A stretch of DNA of 64,000 bases, from positions 1,088,001-1,152,000 of the forward strand of contig OY729428.2 in assembly GCA_963422375.2 (NCBI GenBank), in the 5' to 3' direction. Below, piece after piece: positions 8,994-18,919 of the stretch. The first letter of the stretch is position 1; every line of letters begins with the position of its first letter. The notes under the pieces are model-generated. The model saw only the letters and a list, made by a program, of their open reading frames with translations, was not told the DNA's origin and did no database searches. Source of the DNA: Bryobacterales bacterium. Lineage in GTDB: Bacteria; Acidobacteriota; Terriglobia; Bryobacterales; UBA6623. Made by a program: the position numbers and the translations under genes.

Positions 8994-11105
8994 GTGTCGA
9001 ACGAGGTTTATGCCACCCAGAGGCTCCGGCTTCCCTCGCTCGCTCTCACGCTCTCGATTACGGTCGCGCTACCCGCCTCCGGCCAGCAGCTCCCGACGGA
9101 ACCGGCTGCCGCGCTGGTCGACGACAGGCGGATAGCCCGCATAGACGAGGAGGAACCCGGATCATGGCTCTCCTACGGGCGCAGCTACGACCAGCACCGC
9201 TTCTCGCCCCTCACGCAGATCAATCGCGAGACCGTCAAGGGCCTTGGGCTCGAGTGGACACGGAGGATCGAGGTGCGCCATCGCCTGCAGTCCTCCCCCG
9301 TCATCGTGGACGGTGTGATCTACTACACCGACAGCTGGAGCGTCGTGTCGGCGGTCGACGCCGACACCGGCGAGACCATCTGGACGTTCGATCCGAAGAC
9401 GCGCCGCCGATTCGCTCGCTGGTCGTGCTGCGGCGGTCCGATGAACCGAGGCGTGGCCGTCTACAAGGGACGGGTCTACACGGCCACCTTCGACGCCCGG
9501 CTGGTGGCAATCGACGCCGCGACCGGCAGGAAGGTCTGGGACGTGGACACCGCGGACTATCCCTCCCGGATCCCCTACACCATCTCAGGCGCACCTCTCG
9601 CGGCGGCGGGAAAGATCTACATCGGCAACAGCGGTTCCGAATGGGACCACCGCGGGTACGTGACCGCCTACGACGCCGAGACAGGAGCGAAGGCATGGCG
9701 CTTCTTCACCGTGCCCGGCGATCCGTCACTGCCGTTCGAGCATCCCGAGCTCGAGGAGGCCGCCAAGACCTGGAACGGCGAGTGGTGGAAGTTCGGAGGA
9801 GGCGGCACCGTGTGGAACGCCATCACGTACGACCCCGACCTTCACGCCGTCTATATCGGAGTCGGAAACGGCACGCCGTGGTCGCGCGTGATCCGCTCCC
9901 CCGGCGGCGGCGACAACCTGTTCCTGTCCTCGATCATCGCCCTCCACCCCGAGACCGGGCGCATGCAGTGGTACTACCAGACCACGCCGGGAGACAACTG
10001 GGACTACACCGCTACGCAGGACATCGTCCTGGCTGACGCGAATGTGGACGGCGAGAACCGCAAGGTGCTGATGCAGGCACCCAAGAACGGTTTCTTCTAC
10101 GTTCTGGACCGGCGGGACGGCGAGCTTCTGCGGGCGCACGCCTACGGAGCCATGACATGGGCCACGCACGTCGACATGGAGACCGGCCGACCGGTCGAGA
10201 ACCCGGCCGTCGTCTGGGAGGAAGAGCCGCAGTGGATTCTCCCCGGCAACACGGGCGCGCACAACTGGGAACCCATGGCGTACGATTCCGCCAAGGGCCT
10301 GATGTACATCCCGACCCACGACACGCCATTCTTCTTCGCCCTGCCGGAGGACTACCAGAAGACCGGCGCCTACTCGCCTCGCGAACGAACGATGAACCTA
10401 GGCGTGGCTCGGGGCACCTATCGCATGCAGCTGATTCGGAGGGCACCGCAGCCGCCCGAGGCGAAGGGGTTCCTCAAGGCGTTCGACCCGCTGACGGGCG
10501 AGACCGTCTGGAAGGTACGCAACAAGACCGCTCGCATTGGGGGCGTCCTGGCAACAGCCGGAGGGTTGGTCTTCCAAGGCGACGGAAGCGGGAAGTTGTC
10601 TGCCTACGACAACGATGACGGGAGGCTGCTGTGGGAGTTCGACTCGTACGGGTCGATCATCGCTCCTCCGGTCACGTATCAGGTGGGCGCGACTCAGTAC
10701 GTCGCCGTCGTGGCGGGATCCAGCTTCTCGTACTACGACTACGGCAAGCTGCTCGTGTTCACTCTGGGAGGCGACAAGAAGCTCGAGGTCCCGCCCTCGC
10801 GAGAACGCGCCATTCCCGAACAGCCTCCGGTCACGGCGTCGCCCGAGGAACTCGCACGAGGCGACAGGCTCTACCACGAGTTCTGCGCTTCCTGCCACGG
10901 CTACCAGGCCCGTGGCTACCGCAACGCGGACTTGCGCGCGATGAGCGGAGCAGTCCACGGCGCGTTCCAGAAGATCGTTCGCGACGGCCTGCTCCTCGAC
11001 CTCGGCATGGACAGCTTCGGCGACGACCTGGACGAAGAGGAGACCGAACTGGTCCGGCAGTACATCATTGCCCGAGCTAGGCGCGACCGCGACGCGACGC
11101 GATGA
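8994..11105 (+). CDS. PQQ-dependent quinohaemoprotein (type II) alcohol dehydrogenase
   Basis: Signal peptide; RFSPLTQIN, vicinal CC in WSCCGGPMNRG, GGGTVW, WYYQTTPGDNWDYT, QAPKNGFFYVLDR; C-terminal cytochrome c domain with CASCH. Confidence 0.92.
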   Translation: MSNEVYATQRLRLPSLALTLSITVALPASGQQLPTEPAAALVDDRRIARIDEEEPGSWLSYGRSYDQHRFSPLTQINRETVKGLGLEWTRRIEVRHRLQSSPVIVDGVIYYTDSWSVVSAVDADTGETIWTFDPKTRRRFARWSCCGGPMNRGVAVYKGRVYTATFDARLVAIDAATGRKVWDVDTADYPSRIPYTISGAPLAAAGKIYIGNSGSEWDHRGYVTAYDAETGAKAWRFFTVPGDPSLPFEHPELEEAAKTWNGEWWKFGGGGTVWNAITYDPDLHAVYIGVGNGTPWSRVIRSPGGGDNLFLSSIIALHPETGRMQWYYQTTPGDNWDYTATQDIVLADANVDGENRKVLMQAPKNGFFYVLDRRDGELLRAHAYGAMTWATHVDMETGRPVENPAVVWEEEPQWILPGNTGAHNWEPMAYDSAKGLMYIPTHDTPFFFALPEDYQKTGAYSPRERTMNLGVARGTYRMQLIRRAPQPPEAKGFLKAFDPLTGETVWKVRNKTARIGGVLATAGGLVFQGDGSGKLSAYDNDDGRLLWEFDSYGSIIAPPVTYQVGATQYVAVVAGSSFSYYDYGKLLVFTLGGDKKLEVPPSRERAIPEQPPVTASPEELARGDRLYHEFCASCHGYQARGYRNADLRAMSGAVHGAFQKIVRDGLLLDLGMDSFGDDLDEEETELVRQYIIARARRDRDATR

Positions 11106-11190
11106 CCCCGCCCCGGGGGTTGCCCGCTTGAACAGTCCCATGTAACCTAGAGTCCGGGAGAAGCCCGATTCGCTGGACTGGAGACCGTGG

Positions 11191-11631
11191 ATGACCCGCG
11201 ACCGCACCAGAGCCTTGCTCGCAGCAGCCGTGCTGGCCTCCGTTCCGGCGGCAGACGCCCACCATGCGTTCTCCGCCGAATTCGACGCGAACCTGCCGAT
11301 TCGAGTCACTGGCAAGGTCGTCAAGGTCGAGTGGATCAACCCGCACGCTTGGGTTCACGTCAAGAGCGACGAGGGCGAAGGGCTGGTCTGGGAACTCGAG
11401 GCGGGCACGCCGAACACCCTGCTGCGACGGGGCCTCACCCGGACCCTGCTACTGCCCGGAACGCCCGTGACGGTGCGCGGCTACCAGAGCAAGGACCGAG
11501 CCTGCGATCCCAGCTGCAAGGGCAGCGGGCGCGACATCACGTTCGCGGACGGCCGCAAGCTGTTCATGGGGTCCTCCGGAACGGGCGCGCCCCGCGACGG
11601 GGCTGACCCCACGGAGCAGAGGCTCCCCTGA
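11191..11631 (+). CDS. DUF6152-like secreted protein (second copy)
   Basis: ADA|HHAFSAEFD, WINPH and LFMGSSGTGAP; strongly similar to 4023..4460. Confidence 0.78.
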   Translation: MTRDRTRALLAAAVLASVPAADAHHAFSAEFDANLPIRVTGKVVKVEWINPHAWVHVKSDEGEGLVWELEAGTPNTLLRRGLTRTLLLPGTPVTVRGYQSKDRACDPSCKGSGRDITFADGRKLFMGSSGTGAPRDGADPTEQRLP

Positions 11632-11805
11632 TAGGTTCCCTTCTGCGGCGCGCGGTTCCCAGCTCTGCTGATCGCACGACGCATTGACGCGCCTAGCACG
11701 GCGGCACCATGTCACGAGGCCGTGTTCGGACATTGGTGCGCGGTCGTCAAATCGCAGCGACTCGATACGGTCTCGTGTTTCTTCGACTACAAGGACCAGC
11801 GGGTG

Positions 11806-11990
11806 CTACTTCTTCTTATCGAAGTTCGAGCGAAGCCATTCCAGTGCATTGCGCCGCTCGGAAACGGTTGCGCGCCTGATCTGAGTTAGGAGCCAAGTCC
11901 AAGACGGTGGCTCCTAGACAATGTTCTTGGCCCCTTGGTTACAGGTACCGCACAGGGCTCGCAACTTCGATAATGCGTTCCAATAGGGTC
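11806..11990 (-). pseudogene. C-terminal remnant of a KpnI-like HNH restriction endonuclease
   Basis: Manual translation LRALCGTCNQGAKNIV*EPPSWTWLLTQIRRATVSERRNALEWLRSNF, with an in-frame stop at 11914-11916. Confidence 0.6.
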
Positions 11991-12695
11991 GGTTGGCTCT
12001 CACCGTAGCACATGCATGAGGATCATTGTCTACAAGTAGGCATGCCAAGAAGCCGACTGATCATTTCACTTGGTGATCCAATCCCATTGATTCGGTCCTC
12101 TCGAAGAGACCTCAATATTCTCGCTAGATTGCCTGTCTAGGCGCGACACATTCAGCGGAGTCAAGTCTGCGCGGCCGATCAACCAGCCTCCCAGAAACGC
12201 TCGGTCTCGTGGTCGAGGAGCGCTAGGGGCATGTACAGGAGTACTGGACGGCAGCAGTCCTTGTAGGCCAGCAATAGGCCCGATCACAGTACGGGGGCGG
12301 CTCGCGAGGCCGTGCCGCCCCAGCCGCACGCCGCTCTCTCGCATGTGTGAAGCGTAGCTCTACTAGCGTCCTGTCACCGCGGAAACGACCACCAACAAAC
12401 CTCGGCGTTCTTGAAGGCCTGTCGCGCACATTGGACATTCCCTGGGATCTCCTCGCCGCGAGCTTTCCGGCGGTGCGACTCGGGCTGCTGGTTCCGCTAA
12501 TTCCCGCAAGCGGTCACACCCGGGACGCCGGTTGCCGGCCACCGACACCGAGCAAGAAGCGGACCGGCGATTCAACGCGCGAGACCTGCAGGCACGACGT
12601 CACGCTCGTGGCGGGGCCGCCGACTCTACACGGGCTCCCTCGAGTCGACCATGAATCGCGACGGCTTTGCCCGTGCGAAGCCGCCCCTTCCCTGA

Positions 12696-13772
12696 TCACT
12701 TCCCTTCGGCCGCAGTCGCCTCCTTGCCGAGCCGCTCTTCCGCGGCCTTGACCGCCTTCGACCCGCCGTACCAAGTGGCCAGCCAGTCGTCGCTGGTCTT
12801 GCCTTCCCGCTCCTGCGCTCTCGCTCCCGAGAGCATCAGGAACATCGAGCGGTTCCCCTCGTGGCACGCGTACTCGAGCAGGGGATCGGAAGTCTTCTTC
12901 ATCTCCACCGCGACGGACCACGGCCTCTCGAACGACTCGGGGTCGTCCACGGTGTACTCGTAGAGCAGGACGCCCTCGGAGGTCCGCGTGAAGCGCTCGG
13001 TCAGCAGCATGCCCGGACCCGAGCCGCGGAAGTTCGTGTGCTCCGTGAAGTTTCTCGTCGTCACCACCAAGGCGCCGCCTTCCCAGCGGCCTCGGGAATC
13101 GCCCTTCCAGAGCCGCACGCTATCCGGCACATGCGACCTCCCGTCGAGCGGGATGATGCGGTGATCATTGATCATCTCGTTCAGGATCGCCACGTGGTCC
13201 GGCGTCTGGAAGATCTCCACGAAGTTGTTGTAAGCGCCGGGATTCATCGGCGGCCCCGAATTGAAGCCCATGATGCAGCGCTCGAGCGGGTTGCGGTCCT
13301 CGGGCCCGGACGGAACGCCGCCCCAGCGGGCGTAGCGCTCGGCCGAGCGGCGCTTCGCCAGCTCCGTCTGCGCGGGCACGCGCCCGTCCGGCGGATCCAC
13401 GACCAACGATGTCCGCAGGGTCCCGGTCATCTTCTCGCCACGGTCCAGCCAGAACGCGTTGTAGCCTACGTCCACGTCGCCCTGGCCTTGGACCGGGTCC
13501 CGGTTCCGGCGCTCCGCGCGAGCCTTGCGCGTCCGCTCCTCCCACTCCGCGACTTCCGCCGCCGTCAGGAACTCCTTGTCGCCGAATTCCGCGGGGCGCT
13601 CGAACGGCGTGATGGACCGGAAATCCCACGTGCCCCGCAGGTCCGGCGCTCCCCAGCTCGTCGTAGGGATCTCCCCTGCCGCGGCGACGGACGTCAGCCC
13701 TGCCGCAACCAAAGCGACGGGCAGCGCGGTAAGCGCCGCCGACACCAACCGGCTCTCCCGGGCTGCTCGCAT
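12696..13772 (-). CDS. Conserved secreted hypothetical protein (type B paralog)
   Basis: WGAPDLRGTW, RTSLVVDPPDGRVP, ERCIMGFNSGPP, EYACHEGN. Confidence 0.8.
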   Translation of the reverse strand: MRAARESRLVSAALTALPVALVAAGLTSVAAAGEIPTTSWGAPDLRGTWDFRSITPFERPAEFGDKEFLTAAEVAEWEERTRKARAERRNRDPVQGQGDVDVGYNAFWLDRGEKMTGTLRTSLVVDPPDGRVPAQTELAKRRSAERYARWGGVPSGPEDRNPLERCIMGFNSGPPMNPGAYNNFVEIFQTPDHVAILNEMINDHRIIPLDGRSHVPDSVRLWKGDSRGRWEGGALVVTTRNFTEHTNFRGSGPGMLLTERFTRTSEGVLLYEYTVDDPESFERPWSVAVEMKKTSDPLLEYACHEGNRSMFLMLSGARAQEREGKTSDDWLATWYGGSKAVKAAEERLGKEATAAEGK

Positions 13773-13791
13773 GGCGATGCCTCTTCCCTTT

Positions 13792-14625
13792 CTACTTCCC
13801 CGCATCGCCGCCCGATTGCAAGCCTTCCGCAGGCTCGACACCCCGGCGGAGATGGCCGTAAACCGCCCCTTCCGCGAAAGGCACGCACTTGAACTCGAGG
13901 ATCTGGGCGTTCGGCTCCAGACGCCGGTACAGCGGCATGCTCATCTTCCAAGGGCGGGTGAAGACCTTTCGATCGTCGACGGTGACCTCGTAGCGCAGCG
14001 CGTTCGGCCCGGTCGGCGTGTAGCGTTCCTCGACCCGGAGCTCCTCGCTATGGAAGTTGCCCGAACTGTCGAACCAAGTGTCAGCGACCTGCGCGGTTAC
14101 GTCGACCACCAGCGTCTCGCCCTCCCAGCGACCCAGCGAGTAGCCCATCCACGACAGGGCGAGCGCCTCCGACCCGGGCCGATCCATGCGCACGACGCGA
14201 CTCGAGCTGGCGAACTCGTAGGCGAACAGGATCGACTCGGGCGTCTGGACGATCTGGAACGGGAACGGCATGTAGGTGGCTCGCGGTATGCCCGGCATGT
14301 AGCACTTCACCGCCGGATCCAGCTCGAGCCAGCTCGCCCGATTCTCGGCGCGCTTTCGCAGCGCCCAGTCCTGATAGGGGATCGCGCCGCTTTCGACCAC
14401 GCCCAGCCCGGCCGGAATCGCTCCCAGCGCTCCCAGCGCTTCGACGGGCCCGGGCCGGGCGGCGTGGGCCTCGAGATCCCAGTGCGCCGAACCCAGCGCC
14501 TGCCAGATGCCGTTCAGGTCCGGGATCCCGTCGGTCGTGCGCGTGGCGGCATACTGCCCACGCGCAGGTCCTGCCGCTCCCGCGACGATCATCAAGGCGA
14601 TTGCCAGCGCGGTTGCGTGCTTCAT
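13792..14625 (-). CDS. Conserved secreted hypothetical protein (type A paralog)
   Basis: PDLNGIWQA, DPAVKCYMPGIPR, EFKCVPF. Confidence 0.8.
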   Translation of the reverse strand: MKHATALAIALMIVAGAAGPARGQYAATRTTDGIPDLNGIWQALGSAHWDLEAHAARPGPVEALGALGAIPAGLGVVESGAIPYQDWALRKRAENRASWLELDPAVKCYMPGIPRATYMPFPFQIVQTPESILFAYEFASSSRVVRMDRPGSEALALSWMGYSLGRWEGETLVVDVTAQVADTWFDSSGNFHSEELRVEERYTPTGPNALRYEVTVDDRKVFTRPWKMSMPLYRRLEPNAQILEFKCVPFAEGAVYGHLRRGVEPAEGLQSGGDAGK

Positions 14626-14762
14626 CGTGCTCGCGGCCGACCGGGGCGAGCGCCGGCTTCTCGCTGGCAGCAGGGACGGCTCCGACCCGGGCTCTCCGGG
14701 CCATCAGAGTATACATGCCGCGGAAGCGCCTGCATGGGAGTGGCACCGAGGCGCGCCGTGCA

Positions 14763-17465
14763 TCAGAACGCCAGGCGCAGCATCAGGTTGAAGGTGCGCC
14801 CGTCGTTGAGGGTGTTGGTGATCTGGCCGAAGTTGGCGCCGGAAAGTTCGTTGCCGGGATAGGCGAACTGGGGCGTATTCAAGAAGTTGATGGACTCGGC
14901 GCGGAACGTCAGCGTGCTCTCGCTCGCGATCTTCCAGCTCCTCGACACGGAAAGGTTGATGTTTTGAATCCCGTCCTTGCGGAAGACGTTGCGACCTAGA
15001 TTCCCCGAAGGGCGGTCTGCCGGGACGAAGTCGAAGGCCGAGCGGGGCAGGAGCTCGCGCGACGTGTCGGGATGGCTGATGCTGCGTCCCAGGATCGAAG
15101 GATCCAGAAGCTGCGGACGATCGCCCATGACACCGTCGACGTTGCCGAATCCCGGCGCGTCGGAACCCGCGTACATGACGAACGGGGTGCCGCTCTTGAG
15201 CAGGGCCACCGAGTAGAGCTCCCAGCCGCCGAGGGCCTTGTTCCAAGCGGCGCCGGCCGAGCGGAGGGAAGGCGTGCGGTAAGTGGCCCGCGCGAGGACG
15301 GCGTGGGGCTGGTCGAAGTCGCTGAGGGACTTGACGTCCCCGTGCACTTCGAACTCGGTCTGGCTGCGCCCGGCGAACGCGTCGCGGACCGAGGCGTTGC
15401 TGGCGTAATGGGCTCCGAGATCGATCGCCTTGCTCAGCCAGTAGGAAAGGTCCAGCGTCAGGCCCTTCTTGTCCCGGACGCCCAGCGTGGCCTTGGCCGC
15501 GTCGAAGTAGGCCCGGGAGCCGTTGAGGATCCGGCGGACGTCGAAGTACCGCTGGTCCGGCCGGCGCTCGTTGACCGTCCGGGTGGTCCGCGGAATGCCG
15601 TCGACCTCGCGCGCCCGGTTCAGCACCCAGCCCGACAGCAGGCGATGCGAGCGGCTGCCGACGTAGCCGACCTGCGAGAACAGTCCCCCGGCAGTCGCCG
15701 CCTCCCAGCTGAAGTTGTACTGGTGCGAGTACGGAGCGACCAAATCCGGAGCGATCCGAATGATCGTCGTGCGGGCGTTCGGGTCCGCGACATCGACTAG
15801 GAAGCCGGCCAGAGGATCCAGCAAGTCCGGGGCGACGACGTTGAGGCGAATGTTGCCCGGGGGGTTGAAGCGCTCCTGCGTGTAGGTGGCCGTGAAGATC
15901 TCCCCGTACTGCAGGCCGTAGACCCCGCGCAGGACTCCGGCCGACGTCCTGTAGGCGAATCCGAAGGCCGGCGCGACGTTGTTGCAGTCGCAGCGGTAGG
16001 GCAGCGTCGACAGGCCGTTCACCTCGAGCGGTCTCGTCGTCGGCTCGAACCGGATGCCGAAGCTGAGGGTCAAGTCGCGACGGGCCCTCCACGTGTCCCC
16101 CGCGAAGTACTGCATGCGCCAGCGCCTGAAGCCCCTGCGCGGGGTCCCGATCGATTTCGAGATCCGGCTGGGCGTCCCCAGGCGCAGATTCGTGATCATG
16201 GCGCGACCGAAGTTCGCGCTGAACAGGATGAGGCCGGCATGACCGGAGCTCTCGATGCCGTTGAGCTGCTCCCGCGTCACCGCAAAGCCCGCGCTGAGGC
16301 GGTGGGCGCCCCTCGTCGTCGAGGCCAAGCCCGCGTAGCGGTAGAAGTTCTGGACGCGGTCGTAGGGGATGCTGGAGGTTCCGCCGATCGATTGCAGCTG
16401 GCGGCCCATCCAGATGACCGGGCCGAAGGCCGTCTCGTCCTGGACGATCAGAGAGGTCATGCGCCGGAAACCGGCGGAGAGCTGGCCGGTCGTCGCCGGC
16501 GACCAGTCGCGGGTCCATGTCAGTCGGCCGTCGTGGGAGCCGGTCGTGGTGTTGGGATTCTGGCCCTTGATGAGCTGGAACGCGTCAACCCGCTGCTTGC
16601 GGAACCTGTAGTCGGTCGCGACGCGGTCGCGGTCGCCGAGCGGCAGGTCGAACCGGCCGCCCGCCACGTCGTTGTCGATCTCCTGCGGGGCATTGGTGTT
16701 GTGCGCCCTAGGGTTGATGTCGGGCCGATTGGGCGCCTCCGCCGGGAAGGAATCCAGGATGCGGGACACGACCGCTCGCAGGGCCGGGTCGGTCGCCAGG
16801 GGAGTCCGCTCCTCCGGCCGCGGAATCAGCACGTTGCCGTTCACGTTGCCCCGGTTGCGCTGCTGGGACAGGTCGACGGTGAGAGCGGACTCCGCGAACA
16901 GGGGCAGCAGGAGATTCGCGCCGAAGTCGTTCGAGCGGGCCGGCTGCACGGCCCCGACTTGGAAGAACGAGCGCGCGGAAAGCGCGCTGTTGCCGTGGCT
17001 CTCGTAGAGCGACCCGTGCAAGCCCCGGGCGGAGGCCCGCTTGAGATGGATCTGCCGCATGGGCGGGTTACCGAACTCGCTGCCGAAGTAGCCCTGCGAG
17101 GGGGCGAACTCCCGCACGACCGTCGCGCTGGTGCCCATGCGGATGTTGATTTCCTTCTGGACGTTGTTGTCGACCAGCGTGAGCTGCACGTTCTCGTTCC
17201 GCCGGCTCTCCCCGGAGTCGGCGTCGACCTCCCCGAGCAGGTTCAGCTCGGTGCGGTCGGCCGCCGCCCAGCCGGCATCCTCGCCGGTCCCGGCCACCGC
17301 CTCGTCCGCGGCGACGGAAGGCTCGGAGGGCGCGGCGTCCTCGCTGGAGGCCGAGCGCCCGGAAGCTGCCTGGCCCGCGGCGGCGAGCCCGGCAACTAGG
17401 GCGAACGCGAGGGCCAGCCGGAAGGTCCGGCCGCCGGGCCTGGCGGTGCCGAGGTCGAGAAACAT
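14763..17465 (-). CDS. TonB-dependent receptor, Oar-like (acidobacterial type)
   Basis: Signal peptide; AGDTWR...LTLSFGIRFE, NNVAPAFGFAY, FRAESINFLNTPQF...FGQIT, and a terminal LRLAF beta-barrel signature. Confidence 0.85.
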   Translation of the reverse strand: MFLDLGTARPGGRTFRLALAFALVAGLAAAGQAASGRSASSEDAAPSEPSVAADEAVAGTGEDAGWAAADRTELNLLGEVDADSGESRRNENVQLTLVDNNVQKEINIRMGTSATVVREFAPSQGYFGSEFGNPPMRQIHLKRASARGLHGSLYESHGNSALSARSFFQVGAVQPARSNDFGANLLLPLFAESALTVDLSQQRNRGNVNGNVLIPRPEERTPLATDPALRAVVSRILDSFPAEAPNRPDINPRAHNTNAPQEIDNDVAGGRFDLPLGDRDRVATDYRFRKQRVDAFQLIKGQNPNTTTGSHDGRLTWTRDWSPATTGQLSAGFRRMTSLIVQDETAFGPVIWMGRQLQSIGGTSSIPYDRVQNFYRYAGLASTTRGAHRLSAGFAVTREQLNGIESSGHAGLILFSANFGRAMITNLRLGTPSRISKSIGTPRRGFRRWRMQYFAGDTWRARRDLTLSFGIRFEPTTRPLEVNGLSTLPYRCDCNNVAPAFGFAYRTSAGVLRGVYGLQYGEIFTATYTQERFNPPGNIRLNVVAPDLLDPLAGFLVDVADPNARTTIIRIAPDLVAPYSHQYNFSWEAATAGGLFSQVGYVGSRSHRLLSGWVLNRAREVDGIPRTTRTVNERRPDQRYFDVRRILNGSRAYFDAAKATLGVRDKKGLTLDLSYWLSKAIDLGAHYASNASVRDAFAGRSQTEFEVHGDVKSLSDFDQPHAVLARATYRTPSLRSAGAAWNKALGGWELYSVALLKSGTPFVMYAGSDAPGFGNVDGVMGDRPQLLDPSILGRSISHPDTSRELLPRSAFDFVPADRPSGNLGRNVFRKDGIQNINLSVSRSWKIASESTLTFRAESINFLNTPQFAYPGNELSGANFGQITNTLNDGRTFNLMLRLAF

Positions 17466-17590
17466 GCGGCTGGGGCGCGAGCCGCCCCGGACAGCCCGGG
17501 CACGCCGCCGCGACCCGGCGTGCCCGAACCCTGTCGATCTAGGATATCGCGCCCTCGCCGAGAGGCGCGCGCCTGCGAGAAAATGGGGCG

Positions 17591-18904
17591 ATGATCGCTC
17601 GCTACACTCGACCGGACCTAGCGCGCATCTGGTCCGACGAGAACAAGTACCGGCAGTGGCTGGAAGTCGAGATCACGACGACCGAGACGCTGTCCGACCT
17701 AGGCGAGGTCCCGGCCGACGCGGCCAGCGCCCTGCGCGCGCATGCCGACTTCGACCTAGGCCGGATCGAGGCAATCGAATCCGAGGTGCGCCACGACGTC
17801 ATCGCGTTCCTGACTTCGGTCTCGGAGAGGATGGCCGCCGCCGGCGCGGCCGAGCACTCGCGCTGGCTGCATTTCGGCCTGACTTCGAACGACGTGGTGG
17901 ACACCGCCCAGGCGCTGCTGCTGCAGCAGGCGTCAGAACCGATCGCGCGGCAGCTGCGGAAGCTGCACGGAATCCTCCGAGAGCGGGCCTTCGAGTTCCG
18001 GCACGCCGTGACGGTCGGGCGCACGCACGGCGTGCATGCGGAGCCGACCACGTTCGGGCTGAAGCTCGCCAACTGGCACAGCGAGGTCGGCAGGCAGATC
18101 GAGCGCTTCGGCGCGGCGCGGGAGGAGATGCGGGTGGGCAAGCTCTCGGGTGCCGTCGGGACTCTGGCTCACATCAGCCCTGAAGCCGAGGAGCGGATCT
18201 GCGCCAAGCTGGGCTTGCAGGCGGCGGCGGTCTCCACGCAGGTTATCCAGCGCGACCGCCACGCGCATTTCGTCTCCTCTCTGGCCAACATCGCGGCGAC
18301 GATCGAGAAGATCGCGGTCGAGGTCAGGCACCTGCAGCGCACGGAGGTCCGCGAGGCCCAGGAGTACTTCTCCAAGACCCAGAAGGGCAGCTCGGCCATG
18401 CCGCACAAGAAGAACCCGATCACGTCGGAACAGCTGAGCGGGCTGGCGCGGGTGGTGCGAGGGAACGCCGTCGCGGCCTTCGAGAACGTCGCGCTCTGGC
18501 ACGAGCGCGACATCTCCCACAGCTCGGTGGAACGGATCATCCTGGCCGACTCGACCACCCTGGTGGACTACATGCTGGCGAAGGCCTGCGACTTGGTCAG
18601 GCGGCTGCTCGTCTATCCCGACCGGATGCGCAAGAATCTCGAAGCCAACGGCGGCTTGGTCTATTCGGGCCAGCTGCTGTTGGAGATCGCGTCCAAGGGA
18701 GTGTTGCGAGAGACGGCATACCGCTGGGTCCAGCGCAACGCCTTGCGGGCGTGGGAGGAGGACGGCAGCTTCCGCGCGCTCGTGGAAGCCGACCCGGACA
18801 TCAGCGGCTTCCTCGCGCGCGCCGATTACGAGCGGGCGTTCTCGCTGCAGCGCCAGCTGCGCAACGTCGACGCGATCTTCGAGCGCGTGTTCGGACCCGC
18901 CTAG
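17591..18904 (+). CDS. purB: Adenylosuccinate lyase
   Basis: MIARYTR, RHDVIAF, HFGLTSND, GRTHGVHAEP and the fumarase-superfamily signature GSSAMPHKKNP. Confidence 0.97.
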   Translation: MIARYTRPDLARIWSDENKYRQWLEVEITTTETLSDLGEVPADAASALRAHADFDLGRIEAIESEVRHDVIAFLTSVSERMAAAGAAEHSRWLHFGLTSNDVVDTAQALLLQQASEPIARQLRKLHGILRERAFEFRHAVTVGRTHGVHAEPTTFGLKLANWHSEVGRQIERFGAAREEMRVGKLSGAVGTLAHISPEAEERICAKLGLQAAAVSTQVIQRDRHAHFVSSLANIAATIEKIAVEVRHLQRTEVREAQEYFSKTQKGSSAMPHKKNPITSEQLSGLARVVRGNAVAAFENVALWHERDISHSSVERIILADSTTLVDYMLAKACDLVRRLLVYPDRMRKNLEANGGLVYSGQLLLEIASKGVLRETAYRWVQRNALRAWEEDGSFRALVEADPDISGFLARADYERAFSLQRQLRNVDAIFERVFGPA

Positions 18905-18919
18905 CGCGGGTCGGGGCGC

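Noticed and set aside
9990..10020. Lanthanide-dependent PQQ dehydrogenase
   Set aside because: The active-site segment reads WDYTAT and lacks the extra Asp (DxD) of XoxF/PedH enzymes.
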